Of a stretch of DNA of 64,000 bases, positions 1-13,600 are shown in pieces. How positions within the stretch are numbered: the stretch's first letter is position 1; the number at the start of each line of letters is the position of its first letter. Location of the stretch: assembly GCF_006345805.1 (NCBI RefSeq), contig NC_043010.1:44578001-44642000 (forward strand). The letters run 5' to 3'. The stretch comes from Octopus sinensis (lineage: Eukaryota). Below the pieces are notes generated by a model, which saw only the letters and a program-made list of their open reading frames with translations, had not been told where the DNA came from and ran no database searches. Both the position numbers and the translations under genes were made by a program.

Positions 1-1480
1 AACAACCATAAACTTCTACAGTAGGACACTTCAACCTAAAATAGGTTGCATACACACGTTGTCTCTAAACTGTCTACAGCAACAAGTCATGGACATTAGA
101 ATATTTTGATAAGTGAGAAGCACAATTTATGTGTGTTATCAACTCTCATCCACACAGTTCCTGTGACTACTTACCCAATCACTCATAAACATCCTAACGT
201 AATAGCACAATACTATTCTATGTCATTTCTATCTAATCTGAACAAATACAAAAGCACACATAACCAAAATATCTGCATTATTATTAGCCATATTATATTC
301 TAACTCTGTGCTGCACCACTACTGACTCCCTTTTTGTGAATCCTGAAGAAACAATGCTTTCACACTAAACCCACTTTGCTCATCTTTACTGTGGCAAAAT
401 TAACACAGTATGACCTAAAGACTACTCTACACTTCACTCAATCAAGTACTGCATGGTAGAGTATGCTGCATAATTGCATAGTCACAAGTCGATTGAAATA
501 TGACATACCTTGAATGGAAAAATCTTATGGCTGACTCCAACTGCCTAATTTTCTTCCTCTGTGCACATCTCAATTGAAACAGAGCTGACAACAACTCAAT
601 TACCCACAAAATATTAGTGTAACCATAAGCATCTAGTAAAGTTTCTAAATTCAGTTCTCAGTGTAATAATTCCCCATTTGAATAAATAGATAATACATGT
701 TTATGAAGGTGACCAAAAAGGAATATTGAGGGTATCTTTTGTATTTACTTCTTTCAGTCATTAAACTGCAGCTATGCTGGGGAAGGGTATTAAACATTTT
801 AATACTTCTTATTATATGCATACATCATGCAGTTGCATTTGTCTGATAAAATTTTCCCTTCAAGAAATGCTGAGAGTGAAAAGTAACACTGTTTTGCTAC
901 TGATAATATGACATTTTCATTTCTTATCAGAGTATCAAATTAACATAGCGTATATTGAAAGATCAGCACAACTTTATGGAGCTGTGGATGTACTGGATTG
1001 TTACCTTCTGCATGTGTGTCACTTTTAGTGACATCCAAACTTTATTTCTTCCTCTGGATGTGTCAGTCCTGCACAAAAATTGATGAACACAGGAGAAGCA
1101 CTGCAAAACAAAGACAATTCATGTGGTAGTACAACTTTCTTTGGTGACACCAGTCAACAGACTGATGCCTGAGGGTCACATCAAGTGATTTCTAGTGGCA
1201 GAAGTCTGAACTACCACAGGCTTGTCTCACAGAACATTTCTGGTTACTTTTGAATACCTCCTCATATGCAGATAAATTTGTTTTACCTTTATAACACAAT
1301 ACAAACCTCTGAACCATTACAGTACTTATTAAGTCCAATTAATTCTGCTTAGTTGTCTATCAAATAATACATTTTTTTATTGTTTCAGGAATTTTTATGA
1401 AAACTATCATGAAATTTATAACAAGACAAAACCATTAAATTAGTTCTTTTTAAATTAACGCTTTCTTTTTATCTTTCTAG

Positions 1481-1708
1481 GCAAGCACTGAACCCAAACT
1501 AGCTTCTAGTGGTGCCAAGAAACAATCAAGGAAACGTACTGGAACCACTGAATCCAGCAGTCAGTCTACAAGTTCTAAATCAAAACCATTTCACACTTCC
1601 ATAAAACCAATTCCTGTGTGTTTACATACCTCTGCATGTTTGTTTACGCCACATCAATTATTCTGTATAGAAGTGATTCCTGGCATTGTCTTGGTTATTG
1701 TTTTAGAG
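1481..1708 (+). CDS. HPS1: HPS1 exon (ASTEPKL...[21 protein letters not shown])
   Basis: Polypyrimidine tract plus AG at 1479-80, GTAAGC donor at 1709, 228 nt open; resembles HPS1 'PHTMYCLPLWQGINLVLL'. Confidence 0.8.
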
Positions 1709-2376
1709 GTAAGCTGTTATCTATGCCATGTAAATAGAGGATTGGTCATATTTCTGTTACTTTTAAAATATAATTCATCAAATTTATTTATTTTTTTAAT
1801 TATATTTGAATCTTTTCATGTCTTTCAATTTGACTCAAACTGCAAGTGATTTTACTTGATTTTCAGAAACATTTGAGAAAATTTTTCATTTGTCAATATT
1901 TTAGATGCTACTTCTTCTTGTAAGAAGCTGTGGGCTTTTACGGCTTCTTCTTAGGGGTGTTACCTTTATCATTTTCATTATTACCAGTGCAATTATCTGT
2001 ATTTTTCTGCTTCCTTATAATGGATTCACAGAAAAGAACTTGAATTCACAAAGTTTTCATAATAAAATTTGTAAAAGTAAGCAATGTTGAAACACCAAAT
2101 TGACTGCAAATGAAATTGATACATCGATGTGAGGGGGGAGACTATATTATATAATTATCTTACATTACTCATAGTACCCATCATCCAGTTCTCCTTTACA
2201 TAATAAACAAGAATATTAATGTGTATCAGAAGAAAGAAACCTTTTACTTGTTTCAATCATTAGACTGTGGCCATGCTGGGGCACAAGCATGAAGAACATT
2301 TAGTTCAATGAGTCAACCCCCAGTACTTATTGTCAAGCAGTGGTGGGGAGGACACACACACACAGACATGTATATG

Positions 2377-2443
<67 letters not shown>

Positions 2444-2452
2444 ATATATACA

Positions 2453-2499
<47 letters not shown>

Positions 2500-5400
2500 C
2501 AAAATGGGACAAGAAGAATGCAAAACATCTGGACAACTAGGTGATACAAAAAGGGACAACAAAACATCCAGGGAAAGAATAAGATGGTATAAGCAATGAC
2601 GTAAAGAGAAATAGAAGGTTAAATCACCAGAGTAAGCAAAGGAGCAGCAGCGTAGAGGGGAATACAATGAGTATTTACAACAAAGAATGTATTCCAGATA
2701 GAATAGAAAATGAAAATGAGAGAGAACGAAAAAAAAAAAACTGCAAATATATGTGAAACTCTTAGATTTATAAATGAACCTCTGAACTACTGAGAGAATG
2801 GGAAAGTCATGCTCCATCAGCCTTATCCAGAAAAACTGAAATATTTTTTAAATGAAAATTATGCTGAATATACAATTTCAAAAGAAACACTAATTTTTAT
2901 GGTTCTATATAAACTGCCAACCATCTAAAACATTTTTCAGTTTACCAAGGCATTTCCACAAGTACTGCTAGTTTTATATCAATATAATAACTTTGGTTGC
3001 TCGTTGGGTAGTCATGATAGAGTTAGAACATGCTGAGAGGCACAGAGACCTTTGGAGATGAGGAAGAGATGAACGATGTTTGGTCCATCAGTCAGAGATA
3101 TGTATAGGGGATAAAATTAATTGTTGTAAAGAGTTAATGCTTACAAAATATTTGATATTTGTATTAGCAACATCAATGTGTGATGCGTACAAAAGCCAAG
3201 AACATTGGAGTCACCATAGATGATGACTTCAGAGAAAGGTTTTTTTAAAGAGATCACATAACTATTGGCTGTGTTCTAATTTCCAGCAATGCCATTCAAG
3301 TCAATCTGGTTTAATCTGCCAACTACATGATCTCCTCAATGATATTACTTCTGGGAGCAGCAGAGGAGAACGACTTGTCCGAGGGGATTGCCAGTATACA
3401 TTTGATGTTCTGGATATGTTGTTAAAGAAAGTCACTGGTTCCCGTGCAGGTCACAATGTGAGTAAAATTATTCTTTCTTTCTTTTTTTCTTTTTCTCTTT
3501 CTTTCTTTCTTTCTTTTTTAAATGTTATGTTACAATATATTTATTTTAAGAATTTAAGAACTTATGGTTGTGGCATCGTTGTAGCTAAGGTTCTGGATTA
3601 CTTGTTCAAATGCCATTCCATTTGTTTGACTTTATTTATCTTAGAACACCATGTACAAAATTAGCTTCACTGAGTAGTAGTAGTTACCATTAGGAGGGTG
3701 ACATGCTTCAACAATCTTGGTCAGCAGCTAAAATATATTTAAGATGAAAACAGTTGTACTCTGTCTCCCGCAAGATCATCCTCCCAGGGCTTTACTCTCA
3801 TTCAACGCAGCAGCTGTGAGCTGGAAAAGGCCTTGTGGCAGACACCACACCAGATGGCTGGACGTGTTTGGGGAAGATGTCCAGAGGCTCAACATCACCT
3901 TGAAGGGTGCAGAGGGGCTGGTACATGACCACCATGATGAAGAGTTCTGGTGGATCTGGTCAGCTGATGATGTCCCTGGAATCACCAACCCGAGATGACC
4001 CTAGCCCCATAAAGCAAAAGCAAGCAAAGCAAAGATTACAAAATTCACTCTCATTTTTATTTTTAAAGATTAGTTGAAATCTTTCAGTTATAATTATACT
4101 TCTTTTAGATTATTTTTTCTGCGTTTATGAAACTTGATTTTTTTCTCATTTACATAAGAAATATTAGTATTTTCTATAACAAGGTTGCTGTTACAGTCCA
4201 ACCATAACACAAACAACTTTCAAATCACTACAAATTTGTCATCTATAATTGTCGTAATTTATAGATATTAGATTCAAGTTTTGGCACAAGGCCAGCAATT
4301 TCAGGAGAGAGGTTAAGTCAGTTACTGGTACTTATTTTATCAACCCTGAAAGGATGAAAAGCAAAGTTGACAATAGTTGAACTTGAACTCAGAACATAAA
4401 GACAGATGAAATGCTGCCAAGCATTTTGCCCTGCATGCTAATGATTCTGCCTGCTCACCATCTTATAATTTATAGATATGGAAAGTTGCTTAATGTTGTT
4501 ATACATTTCTTTCATAAAGATTTAATATGGCATGGGGATTGATAGCAACAATTTTTTGCATACCAAAACCACTTCAAGTTTTGAAGAGTAAATAAATAGC
4601 ATCCATTTAGTTTAAGGCTTCAATGAGACCTTCAATAATATTGTATGCAAGCAATTTACTATCATTTATAAAGAAAGGTGAAATACTTTAATGATCGGTA
4701 CAAAACAAATTACTGACACCATTTGTAAGCAAATTACATTGTTTTTAGCTTTGAGCCTATGGAGTTGAGCTGCTAAATTCATAGACTGACTATGAAAGAA
4801 TGCTGCTAGAGCTGTGAAATCTTGTATGCATTAATTTCAGCCCTTCTTATCAATAACTGCATTCTTTCTCTCCAGTTAAACTGACATCATCTGTATGTTC
4901 AAAGAAGACTTCAAAAGTAACTAGTCGTGACTTCTCTTGAAAATGGACAAAGTTTGGCATTATAGTGTTAGCAAGTACCTGCAGAAAAAAGTTTAGCCCC
5001 CAAGGACATTCATGCTAACATCATTGCTACATTAGGGGATGACACTTCAGTTTTATCAACAGTGCAAAAGTAAGCAGCTGAACTTAGGAGGGGAAGGCAA
5101 AGTCTTGAAGACAACTCCAGCTCTGAACGTCCTGTAACTGCTACCACCAAGGAAAACATTGTGTTCTCCACATCGGGATGCTATTGACAATAAATTGATT
5201 ATAAATTGATAAGCAAATGGCTATAAATCAACTGCCCAGTGGTATTAACATATCCTGTGAGAGGGTTAATAATAATCTGCACCATGAACTTGGCATGACA
5301 TAGTTTGAGGCAGATCTAGCTGGATGACTGTTGGGTTCATCACTTTGAGCCAGAGACAAAAAGACAATCCATGCAGTGGGAACATCCCTCCTTATCTGCT

Positions 5401-8400
5401 CCAAAGAAGGCTATGGTAATTTCATCTGTAGAGTAGGTGTTGGCCTCAGTTTTTTTGGATGCAAAAGGTTTTGTGTTTATTGACTCTCTTCAAAAAACAC
5501 ACCATCAATGGAGAGTACAAAGCCAACTTGCTATGCCATAATTGACTTACCCCCTCCCCCAAAATTGCTGGCCTTGTGCCAAAATTTGAAACCAATATTA
5601 CATTGCTTATGTTTATATAATATTTCTCTACTTTCTTCATTAATCTTCAGTAACTTATTTCATTCTTTAACAAGGACATCAAGAAAAACATAAAGAAGAA
5701 CTGGGAAAATGCTGTTCAAAAGGGACTGGATCTTGTTCTTGATAAGGGTAATGTGAAGGACGTACCTGACAAGTGAGGACTGATACATTTTTGCAGTTAT
5801 TGTTTTGATGTTTTTGTATTGTTATATTTCACTAGGAATCATAAGAAGCTCCTAAACCTTGTACATTTCCAAAATATCTGGTATTTAATCTTACAATGAG
5901 CAGAAATGGGTTTTGTTTTATGAAAGATTTTTTTGATAGTGGGATAGGTAATTGTTTGAAGATGAGTATAAAAGTTGAAATACAGGTACAACTCATTTTA
6001 GCGAGCTGAGTGCACTGGAGCTACATGAAATAAAGTGTCTTGCTCAAGGACACAACACATCATTGGGAATCGAACTCACGACCTTACAATCGTGAGCCGA
6101 ATGCCCTAACCACTAAGCCGCATGCCTTCACATATATATACAAATATAATGATCTATATAATCACATAATTATTATATGAAAATGCATAATTAATTAATT
6201 TGGAGGAGATGAGACATGCATCAGTTTACCAGCTGATGATGATGATGATCATCATCATCATTGTTGAAAATCCACCTTCCATGCTTGCCGGTGGCATGTA
6301 AAAAGCACCATCCAACCGTGGCCGTTTGCCAGCCTTGTATGGCACCTGTGCCAGTGGCATGTAAAAAGCACCCACTACACTCACGGAGTGGTTGGCATTA
6401 GGAAGGGCATCCAGCTGTAGAAACACTGCCAGATCAGACTGGGTCTGGTGCAGCCTTCAGCCTTCTGGCTTCCCAGACCTCTGTTGAACCATCCAACCCA
6501 TGCTAGCATGGAGAGCAGACGTTAAACGATGATGATGATGCTTGCATGGGTGGGATAGTTTCATGAGAGCTGGCCAGGCAGAAGCCTGCACGAGATTTCT
6601 GTGAATGTTTTGGTAGAATTTTTACAGCTGGGTTTCTAACACCAAACACTCAGCAGAGTGGACTTGGTGTTTTTTATTTACATGACACATGCACAGGTGA
6701 GATCAGTTTTGGCAAGGTTTTTACAGCTGGATGCTGTAAAAGTGGCACCTGCACTGACAGGGTCACCAAACACCTGCAAGACAAAAAAAATAAAAACACT
6801 TTCAAGAGACAAGGGGACATTGGAAGAAGTGATCTTGTATCAGATGATGAAAGGTTATAGTGAAGCAGAAATATAGAAATAGGTGTCTTGCTGTAGAGGA
6901 AGTATAAGGTTGCCCTGCTGGAGACAGAGAGAGAGATCAGGAATGAAGGCAGAAACAAGTGCACTACCACAAAGGAAATACATGGTTACCCAGCCTGAGG
7001 AAAGTGGAGGAGAAAGAGAGAGAGAGAGAGAGTGGGAGACAGCAGGATAGAGATGGTGGCAAAATACTGGGCATACTCACAATGGATGGGGATCAGAATA
7101 TAAAAGGGAAGGTTGAGTAAAGGAAGAGAGAGATATAGATGGTGGCAAGTGGCAGGGCTTACCCTTGAGGTTCGAATACCATAATATAAGTGGCAGGATA
7201 TTGATCAGAAACAAATAACTCTTAGTATTGGAAATCGGAGCCTTTCAGTTATAATGTATTAAAAGAATACTCTAAATTTGTATTGAGTCCTGTAATTTAT
7301 TGCTTCAGCTGAGTCAGTAGGTAGAGAGAGAGAGAGAGAGAGTTGTTTAAGAATATTAGTTTTGTTCTGGATATTTTTCCCACACTTGTCATCTCTGATG
7401 AGCAGTTATTAGATAACTATATGGTTACCTAATATCCAGTGCAAAACTGATCAGTGAGAATGGTTGTAATGGATGTGTCATATTGTATTTTGATTAATAC
7501 ACACACGCACATACATACATACACACACACACACACATACATGTGTAAATATATATATATATGTATGTATAATTCTTTTTTTCTTTTTCTGTAGAATACT
7601 CAATTCTTTGTCTGCAATGTGTGACAGCTTAAAAGACCTCTTTCTCCATATGTTTATCCAGAAAAGTGTTGTTAGTACAGCCATGCAAGAAATTTTGTTT
7701 TTGTGTAAACAGCGGATTTTTAAAGAATTAGTTGATTATAAGGACTATCTGATTGTGAAAGCAGAAAGAAACATTGCCATTACTTCGTATCCTTAAATTT
7801 CCTTCATAAGGAATAACGTTATGCAAAGCAAATTTTTTTTCATCTTTAATTTTCTCAGGACTAGAGCTGCTATCGATACCAGCAGTGAGAAATTGCTAAC
7901 TTTGGATGAATGACTATCAGACTTCAAACAGTGATAAAATATTCTCATAAATTCATATGGAGTGAAGCAGATTTATATGATGTTGGATTATAAATAGTCT
8001 ATGATATGATGTTTTGTGATTACAGATATCTAAAAGATCATTAGTCCCTTCGATATTATTAGAAAGGAATTTAGTTCTTGATGTTGATGCCTTTGAAAAA
8101 GACATGAACAATGGAATTGAATATGGGTCACTGACTTAGTATGCTTGGAGCTTACCAGCCATACTCTTTTACTCTTTTACTTGTTTCAGTCATTTGACTG
8201 CGGCCATGCTGGAGCACCGCCTTTTAGTCGAGCAAATCGATCCTGGGACTTATTCTTTGTAAGCCCAGTACTTATTCTATCGGTCTCTTTTGCCGAACTG
8301 CTAAGTGACGGGGACGTAAACACACCAGCATCAGTTGTCAAGCAATGCTAGGGGGACAAACACAGACACACAAACATATATATATATATATATATATACA

Positions 8401-10659
8401 TATATACGACAGGCTTCTTTCAGTTTCCGTCTACCAAATCTACTCACAAAGCATTGGTCGGCCCGGGGCTATAGCAGAAGACACTTGCCTAAGATGTCAT
8501 GCAGTGGGACTGAACCCGGAAACATGTGGTTGGTTAGCAAGCTACTTACCACACAGCCACTCCTGTGCCTGCCATGTTACAATGCTTGCTATAAGTTGGG
8601 GTAAAATATCAAGATATCAAAGTTGTAAAACTGGTTTCGAAACATTAGTGAAAATTAGCTGGAAAATGGCTATATAGTATACTTTGGTTTTCATTCCTTG
8701 TTGCTATTTAACTTCAGTTCACTTACATTGCAAATACCTTTGACACAATTATGTTACAGTTATCATCTCCTCTAAAGTCAGAAGAGGTATCAAACATCAC
8801 TGATTACTTATGATACAAAAAAGTCAAACATTTGACTTATCATATTTACATTAAGGATCATGGATGTTTCCAAATTCTGTCAGTGATTAATTTGGTATGT
8901 TGGTAAAAGAAGCTACTTGTCTCTTAACCAGTAATTCAGCACTCAGCTACCTTGCCAGTTTTATACATTGCATTATACAGATAAAGATGGAATTTATGAC
9001 TAAGTACAAGAAATAATATTTTGTTCTTCACTCCAGTTTCAGTTTGAAGTTAGGGGTCACATCATTTTTATTGCTAATGATTCTTGAGAAAGCTATGAAC
9101 ATTACAACTTCCATATCTCATTTTATAAATCTGAAGTTTCTTGTCTATATAAAATAATATTATTTACTTGACTGCTAATATATCAGTTATATCCAAGACT
9201 TCCCAGGAATGGTGTTCTTTATATTTGTTGACCGTACAACAAATCAAGTCATTGCTCCTGCACTAAATATAGATCCTGATGATAAACCAGAAGCTTACAA
9301 GGCAACTTTGTTTCTGAAGAAAAAGGTTAAGTATTAATCTGTGAAATTATTTATCCCTTCCCTGGCAGATATGTAATGAGAGAATAGATTCTTTGAAAGA
9401 GTGTGTATATGTGTATAGCTGTATTCATTTACACAAATATTTCACATTTTAACTAAGTAATATATATTACTGGTAGATGCAGTGTTATTATTGAGAGATA
9501 ATATTTATCCATACTTAAACATGGATGTTCTGTTAAGACAGACTATACTGTGGTAGATACCAGGATTGAAACTCTCATGTGGACTTTTAATGCAAAAATG
9601 CATGCTTGCTTATATCACTAATAATATAAACAAGCATGTGTTTTTGCATGAAGAGCCAATATGACAGTTTCTCTCATGGTATTTATTGCAGTAAAATTTG
9701 TTCTTATAGAACATCCATGTTTAATTGAGGATAAATTTTAACTAAGTATGCAGAGTATCAAAACCAGTTAAATATATTGTTTGCTTGAATACTTCTAGTT
9801 AAAAATATGAACTCTAGTCCCATGTAACATTCATTTTTTTAAAATTTTTGCTGATATTCTATCTATCCAAAACCCTTGTTAGAAACAAAAATAAAGATTT
9901 ATTCTTTGGAGAATCCTACCTTAATAATAGATTAATAATTTTCTTTCTTTCTCTTTTAAACTTGCTAGATTTGGAAAGTAGCTCATTTCATGCAACAGAA
10001 ATTATCTCAAGGTTATACGACAGTTCTGCTTAGAGATGGAGACTTCTTCATATCTTATTACTTGTGGTTTGAAGATAACTCGGTAAAAAAACAAAAAAAA
10101 CAGATTTCTTCTTTTATTCTATTTTGATGTCTTCTATAGTAGTTTATTGGTAAGCACTATAGTGTCATTAGTAAGCTTATGATAAATTGCTTTTGTAATC
10201 CATATTATACTCCCAGTGATAGCTTTTTCATACTATCAGTACCCCTAAGAAAGGTCTTGTTCACCCAATGCTGATTAAGAGAGTGACGTATTTTATTTTG
10301 ACAATGATATAGAGAAATTTTAAATTTTGATTTCCTTCTCATCTCTCTCAAACATACATTCTAAAAACAAAATAGAAATATATATTTTCGTTTTGGATTT
10401 TCATTTTGTGATGACCAAGATCCTAGGCAGGCCATTCTTGCTATAGAAGCCATGTCTCTGCCAATATACATATATACATACTAAGGCAGTAAGTTGGCAG
10501 AATCGTAAGCATGTTGGGGAAAATGCTTGGCAGCATTTCATCCGTCTTTACAGTCTGAGTTCAAATTATGCTGAAATTGACTTTACCTTTCAACCCTTCA
10601 GGGTCAATAAAATAAGTACCAGTTGAGTACTGGGGTCATTAATGTAATTGACTTATCCC

Positions 10660-10698
<39 letters not shown>

Positions 10699-13600
10699 GA
10701 ACTCTCCTGTCATTAGATGACATATGAGGGTTCAGCAATTTCTTAATGAACAACCACACAGATGATTTGTTTATAGTGATCAAATGTTTGTGTAGACATA
10801 AGCTCACTCTCTCCATCAAATCAACATTAATCGTACAGGTGCAACTAGGTGCCACATGTCAGATGTCGAAATGATCACAGAGCAACGTGAAATGAAGTTG
10901 CTTTGCTCAAGAACACAATGTAATGCCTGGTCTGGGAATTGAACCCACGATCTTGCAATTGTGAGTGCAACACCCTAGCCACTAAGCCATATATAAAGGT
11001 GAATTACAGGTTTGAAATGTTAGCAAAAAGGTTGGTTTTTGTGTCTAAGTAAAAAAGTGCAATGATGATGATGATGATGGCAACCACTCATTTTATACTT
11101 ATTTAATAAAAAACCTTTTAAATCATATTAAATCCCCATCTCAAGGCCTCACATCAATCACTACACATTTCTTCTTCCCCAGAACAAGGGCCTTTTAGAA
11201 TTCCCTTCCTATCCATGTTTTTCTATTATATTCCTTAAGATGTTGGTTTGTTATAATGTCCATTTTGGTATGCAATATACTTAGTAAAATCAGTAAAGAC
11301 ACAACTATCTCTTCCGCCTACTATGCACTTCAAGACTTCACGTACTTCTCTTTACTTATAGTGACTAGGTTATTCCATTTGTCATGTGGAAGGAGTGTAC
11401 CACTATTGTTAATTCCCTACAACATCTTTCCTTTTAAGTTTTTCATTATGTCAGAGATAAATTTTGATAAATCTGATAAAGTCTCTTTCTTGGATGCACT
11501 TTGACCACATTCTATGGGTTGTTGTCATGTGTTCTGGTAGTGGGTGGATCCAGCACATTGAGATTATAGGGCTTAACATATTCAATACCATGTATGCCCT
11601 CCCTGGGTGTTCAAAACGGCCATACACTAATGGTACATGAAGTATGTGAGGCGGTTCACAGAAGCCATTGGCACTTGTGCCTACACCTTGAGGAAAGCTG
11701 CCTCCAGTTCCACACATATTGTTGGCCTTGGGACCACCTGATTCAGCTGGCTCTGGATTCATCCCACAGGTGTTCAATTGGGTTCAAATCTGGACTGAGA
11801 GCCGGTCACAGCATGGTTCTAATGTTGTGCTGATGCAGAAAGTCTATGGTGACCCTGACCATTTGGGAGGGAACAGTGCCTGGTTAAGGTGGTGCATGAA
11901 GAAGGGTATGATGTGAGGTCTTAGGATCTGGTCAACATAGCACTGTGCTGTGATGCTATTCCCTCTGCCTGCACCAACATTTTGGAACACATGGGGTTCA
12001 ATTCTCTGATTAAGGCCTATAGAACCCCAAACCATGATGCTTTGGCCACCCCATGTGTCTTTCTCCATGATACATGCATCTCTGTAGTGTTCACCCCTCC
12101 TATGCCACACCCTCAATCCGCCATCCAAGATGGTAACGCAGTACCAGCTCTCATCAAAGAAGACTATTGACATCCTTTGTTGATGCCACCAACGTTGGTG
12201 CTGTGTAGCCCACTGTAGTCATGCCTGACGATGGCAGGTGGTGAGGACAGGCCCTCGAGCAGGACGACAACAACGCAAGTTGTTGGTGGCCAGTTAACAT
12301 TGTACCATGTTGTCGCTGATAGGTCGCTGTCCAGTGCCAGTAGTCTCACAAGCTGTCACGCTGGCTGGTCTGAAGCAATCATAAAGGTGTTGCAGGTGGA
12401 TGAAGCAGTCCTGCTTGGGCATGGTCATCCAGGGGCACCCTCTGGGAGCATGGTCTGCAGTGCTGTTGGTGTTGTTGTATCACAAGTGGTTATGGTCAAG
12501 CAATTGACAAGCACATCTGTGATATTGAGCAATATTTGCTACAATGGTATTACTGCTTCAGCAACTCAGCACTGAATCTGTCTGAAATAAAATGGAAAAT
12601 AGATCAGTTTCACAACATTGATGATCAAGTCACAAAAGCAAAGTTTGAAGGCAATAGTAGTCATTTCCTTTGATTTCTAGATAGAAGTAAATAGGAAATA
12701 ACACTTACTGACCAAAGACAAAAAAAAAAAAGAATTTTGTTACACAGTGTAATGGTTTTGAATTTTGGTACAAGGCCAATAATTTCAGGGTAGGGGTTAA
12801 GTCAATCACATTGATCCCAGTACTCAACTGGTACTTATTTTATTGACTCAGAAAGGATGAAAGGCAAAGTCAACCCTGGTGGCATTTGAACTCAGAATGT
12901 AAAGACGGACGAAATGCTGTTAAACTTTAAACCAACAATAACAAAAAGAAAAGGAATTTATCATACTTTCCGCATAATTTAATTTACACTTGTTACTTCT
13001 AAAATCTTAAGTGCATAATTAATTTTCATATATTTCTTAAATGTTACAATTTTGCTTGTGTTGTTAGATGAAATATTTTGTATTGTATTTTTGCAGCATA
13101 ATCCACTTGTAGTTCAGCAACCATACAAGCCTTTGTCTCATTCACCTCCTCCTGGAATTCTTTGTGGTAATCTCTATAGGTGAGATTTCTTTATCTTTTA
13201 CTTGTTCCAGTCATTTGACTGCAGCCATGCTGGGGCACTGCCTTGAAGGGTTTTTTAGTCAAATAAATCAACCTCAGGACTTATTTTTTTTTAAGCCTAG
13301 TACTTATTCTATTGGTCACTTTTGCTGAACTGGTAAGGTATGGGGACAGAAACACACCAACACCAGTTGTCAAGCAGTGGTGGGAGACAAACACAACACA
13401 AAGATGCACACATATATATGTAACCTTTCAGTTTCCATCTACCAAATTTACTCACAAGACTTTGGTCAGCCTGAGGCTATAGTAGAAGACACTTGCCCAA
13501 GGTGTCACACAGTGGGACTAAACCTGGAATCATGGGGTTAGGAAACAAACTTCTTACCACACAGCCATGCTTGCTCGTATATTTGATAAATATTTTAATA

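Noticed and set aside
700-1266. Possible mariner TIR pair (tatgaaggtgaccaaaaag / ctttttgaatacctcctcata)
   Set aside because: Too degenerate and no clear transposase motif, so not called as a feature.
2305-2817. ORFs rich in [12 protein letters not shown] (also at 21142-21989, 24239-24689, 39567-40506)
   Set aside because: These are translations of dinucleotide microsatellites, open in several frames with no protein signal.
3168-3238. Possible extra HPS1 exon (tag|CAACAT...GAAAG|gt)
   Set aside because: Weak donor, it would shift the frame and leave only a 48-nt intron, and flanking exons already join in phase.
5990-6130. tRNA-like A/B boxes here and in other repeats
   Set aside because: These are SINE heads that run into repeat bodies; no cloverleaf with an acceptor stem.
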